A DNA stretch of 64,000 bases. Source: Torpedo marmorata. Lineage: Eukaryota. Shown piece after piece: positions 61,124 to 64,000 of this stretch. How positions within the stretch are numbered: the stretch's first letter is position 1; each line of letters starts with the position of its first letter. The position numbers and the translations under genes were made by a program. The DNA lies in NCBI GenBank assembly GCA_977017645.1, contig OZ360220.1, positions 135,222,001-135,286,000 of the forward strand. The letters are read 5' to 3'. Under the pieces are notes generated by a model. The model worked only from the letters and a program-made list of their open reading frames with translations. It ran no database searches and was not told the DNA's origin.

Positions 61124-63860
61124 GGGGAATCACGTGATGCAGTGAGGAGGTAGGAGGTTGAAACCCGGAGCTCCCAGGATTAAATAAAATAAAGAAAGAA
61201 AAAGAGATTAAATTATCAAAAAACCTGGACAAACTTGGACAAACAACATTTAAAAATATGCCAAGAAGAAAACAACCTGCAATGTCGCCTTTAAAAGCCC
61301 GTCCGGCGGTAGACAGTGGTCGTGGACAGAGGTTACCTCAAAGAAGCCGGGGACGGTAGTTCGCCCTGCCCCACGCGTAAGTGGCTCGCCTGAAGAAGCT
61401 ACTGGGAGTGGGTCACCATCGGGAAGACAGGGAGACCGCACCGTGGATGAACGTTTTGGTCTATGTATCCGTGAGGGCAAGTACGTTTGTGACTTGGCCC
61501 AACATGGAAATACGGCGAGTCCATCTGGGGGTGAGCGGCAAGCGGCGACGGCAGCATCTGAAAGAGTCGGAAGCAGAGAGTGCAAGCGATGGCCTGGAAG
61601 AAAATCTAGAAGAAGGCACAAGTGTTGAAGACGTGGAACAAGAAGAAATTACGAAAATAAGAAGAGTAAAGAAGGTGCAGAAAGGTAAAGAAGAAAAAAC
61701 ATCAAAGTATAAAATTGATAACAAGTTTCTAAAACTATAAATGCTATAAGGAAGAAAAATACTGGAGAAATAACTTATAAACCTCAAGAGATAAATGAAT
61801 CTTTTAAAGATTATTATCAGAATTTATATAAATCGCAGATTGACCAAGATGATTCTAAAATTAATAGATTCCTATCTAAAATCATATTACCTAAATTGAA
61901 TATTCGGAGTAGAGACTCTTTAGATTTGCTTTTCACAATGAGGGAAGTTAGTGAAGTTTTTTCTTCGCTGAAGAGTGGTAAATCTCTGAGTGATGACGGG
62001 TTTTCATCAGAATTTTATAAAGAATTTAAAGATTTATTAATACCTCCATATATGGAAGTACTAGATCAAATTACGGAAACTCATTCATTACCGAAAACAT
62101 TCTTAAATGCTATAATTACAGTTATACCAAAGAAGGATAGAGATGTATTAAAAACTGAATCATATAGACCTATTTCATTATTAAACGTAGATTATAAAAT
62201 AATGGCAAAAATTTTAGCAAACAGAATGGCTAAATATTTGCCAGATTTGATACATATAGACCAAGATGGTTTTATTAAAAATAGATATTCAAAGGATAAT
62301 ATAGCTAGATTAATTAGTTTAATTAGTTTGCATAAAAAGAAACAAGATTTACCATTAGTTGTAACATTAGACGCTGAAAAGGCTTTTGATAGATTAGAAT
62401 GGAATTTTTTATTTAAGGTATTAGAAAAATTTGGTTTTGGAAATACATTTATAAATTGGATTAAAACTATATATAAAGAACCATCAGCTAAAGTAATTAC
62501 AAATGGACAAATATCGCCAAAACTTTCTTTGACACGTTCTACGAGACAGAGATGTCCCCTGTCACCAGCTTTATTTGTTTTGGCGATAGAACCCTTGGCT
62601 GAATTAGTTAGAAAAGATCCTAAGATAGTGGGTATTAAAGTTGGTATGGAAGAACATAAGATTAGTTTGTTTGCAGATGATGTATTGATATATATGACAA
62701 AATCTATTATATCACTTCAACAACTATCTATTATATTAAGAGAATATGGTGAAATATCTGGATATAAAATTAATTCTGATAAAAGTGAAATAATGGCTTT
62801 ATCTCAAGGTGATTATACTAGATGTAAAGAAATTACACAATTTAAATGGGCTAAAGAAGGAATTAAATATTTGGGGGTTAAGGTTGATACAAAATTGGAA
62901 AATTTATATAAATTAAATTATCTACCATTATTTGTGAAAATAAAGAAAGATTTAGAGAATTGGAAAGATTTACCCATAACTTTAATGGGAAGGGTAAATT
63001 GTATTAAAATGAATATTTTTCCAAGAGTTCAGTATCTTTTTCAATCAATTCCTTTTGGAATTCCTCAAAAAAATTTTTAAGATTTAAATTTTATTATTAG
63101 GAAATTTTTATGGAAAGGAAAGTTAGCAAGAGTAAGTATGGAAAAGTTAACCTGGAATTATGAGATGGGTGGATTGTAACTTCCTAATTTTCAAAATTAT
63201 TATAAAGCAGCTCAATTAAAATTTGTCAATGAATTTTTTGATTCAACTAAATCTTCTGCTTGGATTAAAATAGAATTAAATAATATAGGAGAAAATCTTA
63301 AAGAAGAAATTATTTATAAATGGGATTCTAAATTAATATCATTAAAAAAGAAAAATTCACCGATTATTAAACATTTGTTAGAAATATGGGGTAAGACGGA
63401 TAAAGAGATAGGTGGAAGAGGATTAATTTCTTCAAATATGCCATTATATCAAAATGAACTTATATCATTTACTGTTAATAATCAGTTACTTAAAATTTGG
63501 TTTCAAAAAGGTATTAAGAAGATTAATGATTGTTTTGAAGCTGGAAAATTTATTACGTTTCAAAGAATGAAAGATAAATTTAATATACCAGATAATACAT
63601 TTTTAGCTTATTATCAAGTTAAAGCTTTTTTGACTGAGAAATTAGGTTATGCTTTGATTTTACCAAGACAAAATGAATTAGAATTATTAGTTACTAATGG
63701 AGATGTTAATAAATTCATTTCTCAAATGTATAAATTGTTTCAGAAGAAAATGCCTAAAATAGGATTGCATAAATCAAGATTAAAATGGGAATTAGATTTA
63801 AATGTAAATATAGATGAAAATCATTGGAAAGATTTATGTAAGTTAAGTATGATGAAGATT
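61124..63860 (+). mobile_element. L1/Tx1-type LINE with 5' UTR, ORF1 start, large internal deletion and RT domain
   Basis: GGGG..TCACGTGA start; ATG 61258; RT motifs [37 protein letters not shown] (ORF 61896-63080); frameshift and stops downstream. Confidence 0.9.
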
Positions 63861-64000
63861 ATTTATTTATAATTTTATTTAATTTTTAAAATCACAAAAT
63901 ACATATATCAAAAAAATAGTATATTATTGAAAATACATGTGATATATTTACCACCCCCCCTTCCCACCCTCCCCTCCCCAACCCTCCCACGCTATCTAAT
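63860..64000 (-). mobile_element. 3' tail of a second, antisense L1 of the same family (continues beyond the window)
   Basis: Matches 24993-25140 (aaatcacaaaatacat...cccaccctcccctccccaaccctccc). Confidence 0.85.

Overview
Eukaryotic vertebrate genomic DNA, most likely a cartilaginous fish (shark/ray; inferred from HE1-type SINEs and the CR1, Rex-Babar and Penelope repeat content). The window lies inside one + strand, intron-rich gene of the CEP350 family, probably the paralog CCDC187. I can chain 19 GT-AG exons with matching phases into one open frame of about 1,500 codons (start upstream of the window) that ends at TAA 55458-55460. The rest of that giant exon still reads as CEP350-like sequence, including a recognisable CAP-Gly domain, but it is broken by further stops and a frameshift. 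The introns hold a young full-length Ty3/Gypsy element (19170-23588) with no tRNA PBS but a perfect 14-nt complement to its own LTR poly(A) region. They also hold Penelope-like elements with hammerhead-like cores, L1/Tx1, Rex-Babar and CR1 LINEs, two solo-LTR candidates, a hAT MITE, SINEs and minisatellites. All homology calls are from recalled motifs, not database searches.
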